A DNA stretch of 64,000 nt, taken from the human T2T-CHM13v2.0 reference genome, Homo sapiens. The translations under genes and the position numbers were made by a program. Positions 57,400 through 64,000 of the stretch are shown here, piece by piece (position 1 is the stretch's first letter; every line of letters begins with the position of its first letter). The stretch lies in assembly GCF_009914755.1 (NCBI RefSeq), contig NC_060941.1; one strand, 5' to 3'. Below the pieces are notes generated by a model. It did not search any database and was not told where the DNA came from. It was given only the letters and a program-made list of their open reading frames with translations.

Positions 57400-57817
57400 G
57401 GAAAGTGTCAGTCAAAGTCAAAATAAAAATACAGAGATGAATCTCTATGCAAAACATTTTATTTGAGAATGTACATAAAACAGAATTGCAATTTGGGGCC
57501 ACATACACAGTTTGGGGTGGTTTTGTTATGTCTGAAGAACAAAGAAAAGCTTGGGAAATTAGAGAAATGCAACATATTGTTTTAGAAGAAAGCTCATTGG
57601 CGCTAGAGTGACAATGGTGGAGTTATGCCGGTTCGTTTCAGCAGTTACTAGTTATAACTGATCTTAGGGTTATAGCAGGCAGTTTCAGCAGCTGGGCTTT
57701 ACGGCTAATTTTTGGAGCAGGTGCTATGTGCCCCAAGTGCTTTCCCCCACTGGCCCCTCAACTCTGATTTAGTTGGGTAAGACAAAAATGACCCAATTTG
57801 CATAATTAGCTCTCACC
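57400..57817 (-). mobile_element. ERV1-class solo LTR (family not assigned)
   Basis: Reverse complement starts TGAGAGCTAATTATGCAAATTGGGTCATTTTTGTCTTACCCAACTAAATCAGAG, resembling MER49/MER39-group LTR starts. Confidence 0.55.
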
Positions 57818-58625
57818 AAATAATCCCAGTTGTTCATATTTTATCCTTTAGTAATAAATACATTGCCCCAGCCCAAAATTTAACATACTCTCTCTTACTG
57901 CATTGATGACAGTCATTAAAATGCCATTTATTTAGGTATTCTAGTGTTTTGTTTCGTTGTGTTTTGAGAGATCATACCATAATAATTCCAGATAAGTCAT
58001 TTAAGCTCTTGGAAAGGGATAATGTTTATTGTGCCACTGATCCAGAAACTAAGGCAGTGTCTTGTGTAATAATGTGAGAGAGGGAGGAAACCAAAGTTTA
58101 TTGTGTGTTATATGCTAAACAGTTCCCAGAATGTAGCTATTTATGGTTAGGATCTTGTTGGCTACTATGAGTAATAGCAAATGAGTAACATTATTCAAGA
58201 GCTGACTGCAGACCTTGAAGAATGTTTAATCCAATATATTATGATCACATTACACACATTACGTGAAAATATGACCTTTATGTAGAGAGAATCATAGACT
58301 ATTGGAAGTGGAAAGAACCTTGTAGATTATGTCATTTAACTGCCTTGTGTTGTAGATGAAGAAAAGAGGTTAAATGTTTGTCCAGAGGCTCCCATCACGC
58401 ATCACTGTGGTGGGAAAAAATTCTTGTAAGAGTGAGTGAAAATTTCTTCATCTCAGTTGGTTAGGAATCCCTTATCGCTCGTTATATAGGCTTTCTATGG
58501 CCATTGTTTCCAAGACTGGATTTTAAGAATCAGAAAAATTAGTCTTTTGCCAAGCAAGAACATATGAAAAAATTATAATTGACTATCAGTTAATACTTTA
58601 AATTTACTTTGAGAAAAGCAAAATA

Positions 58626-62712
<4,087 letters not shown>

Positions 62713-63499
62713 GTACATTCATTTTTATTGTGAAATATTATTATATTGGATTAGTTTACTAGAGTATGATTATGCTCTCATCTGTTGATGGATATTTTGG
62801 TTGTTTTTAGGTTTTGGCCTTTACAAATAATGCTGCTATGAACATTGTATTCAAGTCCGTATAGACATACATATTTCCTTTTCTCTTGACCAGATACCTA
62901 CAAGTAGAATGGTTAGATCACATGTTAGATGCATGCTTTTCAAAGTGGTTGTACAATTTTACATCTACAAGTGGTGTATGAAATTTCCAGTTTTTCTGCC
63001 ACTTGAGAAACACTTGACATTGTCAGTCTATTTTATTAAGTCTTTTTTATTTTAGCTATTTTAATAAATATGCAGTGGTGTGTCATTATGGCATTAATTT
63101 GGATTTTTACAAGTTGTTCTTCATTTTCAATCCTTAATTCAGTTACCTCTTCATTCATATCTCCCTGTTATTTGGCCATTTTGAGTTTGTGAATTTCTCG
63201 TTTATAATATTGTTTACCTGCAATTGCTACAGACTTACCTCACGTAAGCTCTTGAAAAGCTATACCTATGCTACTTTACATACACTTTTTTTCTGGCATA
63301 ACAGTTTTTGCACAAAACACAGTTTTCAATAAATATAAGTTAAGAAGTAATATTTCTATGTATAATTTCAGGCAGAGACACTATTGCCAGTTTAGTCAAA
63401 ACAACAGTCTCTAGTCAAAGAATATTGTATCAAACTACTTTGAAATGTACAGTTTCCAATTACTGCAGAAGTCCCTTTTAAGGAATTGCACTTCCAGGT

Positions 63500-63885
63500 C
63501 AGACCTATCAGTGTTCTTGCGGTGTCCCCTCTCACTTGAATCTGAGCTTCTTTGTGAGACTTGCTTTAACCAATAACATGTCAGTAGACATACCAGAAAT
63601 GCAAGCTTGATAAATGTTTTTATATTGGGATTTACTCTGTGAAACCACCATAGTCATTATCATATGTGGGTGAAATACCACATGGAGAAAGAGACCCAAC
63701 CATCCTTACTCTCTCAACTTGCAGCCAACTCAGAAGTAGAAAATAGCTATATGAATGAGCCCAGGAGAGAAAATAGCAGAAGAACAACCCATCTAATTCA
63801 CAAAATCTGAGAAATAAAGTGATTATTCACTTGAGCCAGTATGGTTTCTAGTGGTTTCTCATACAGCAATAGATACATGAACCAT
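63500..63885 (+). mobile_element. MLT1 (ERVL-MaLR) LTR
   Basis: cttgaatctgagc...gacttgctttaaccaata...gagaaataaa...gtggtttctcatacagcaatagata. Confidence 0.7.
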
Positions 63886-64000
63886 AGTAACCATATTTGT
63901 ATTAAAACAAAAAGTTTTGCTTTGTTTATATATGCCTAGTTAGTGGGTAGATGTGGTAGTACTGTCACAACTCTTTAATCTGTAGTTTGCCATGTTTCCC

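Overview
Primate (most likely human) genomic DNA lying almost entirely within introns of one large + strand gene. A single 73-nt coding exon at 48775-48847 translates to (G)[24 protein letters not shown], which I recognise as BCAS3 (17q23; from memory exon 7, about residues 135-159). The rest is mostly transposon-derived: a full-length but ORF-disrupted antisense L1PA6-like element, several truncated L1PA/L1PB/L1M pieces, roughly 50 Alu copies or fragments, solo LTRs (MLT2A1, MER52 nested in MST, other ERV1/MaLR LTRs) and DNA transposons (MER58A, Tigger4b, MER2). There is also a KRT18 processed pseudogene and a tRNA-Lys(TTT)-derived gene whose deleted anticodon loop now reads TTA. Nearly all entries in the ORF track are Alu/L1 artefacts. 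I do not see a new multi-gene system. The best leads are: (1) a splice acceptor in the KRT18 pseudogene that is in frame with the BCAS3 exon 2.1 kb upstream; (2) the ochre-suppressor-like tRNA copy with a T4 terminator and A-tail; (3) the antisense L1 'gene-breaking' configuration; (4) an apparent gene-conversion tract between two L1 copies; and (5) several locally templated insertion or repair scars. Gene, subfamily and consensus assignments are from recall, not database searches.
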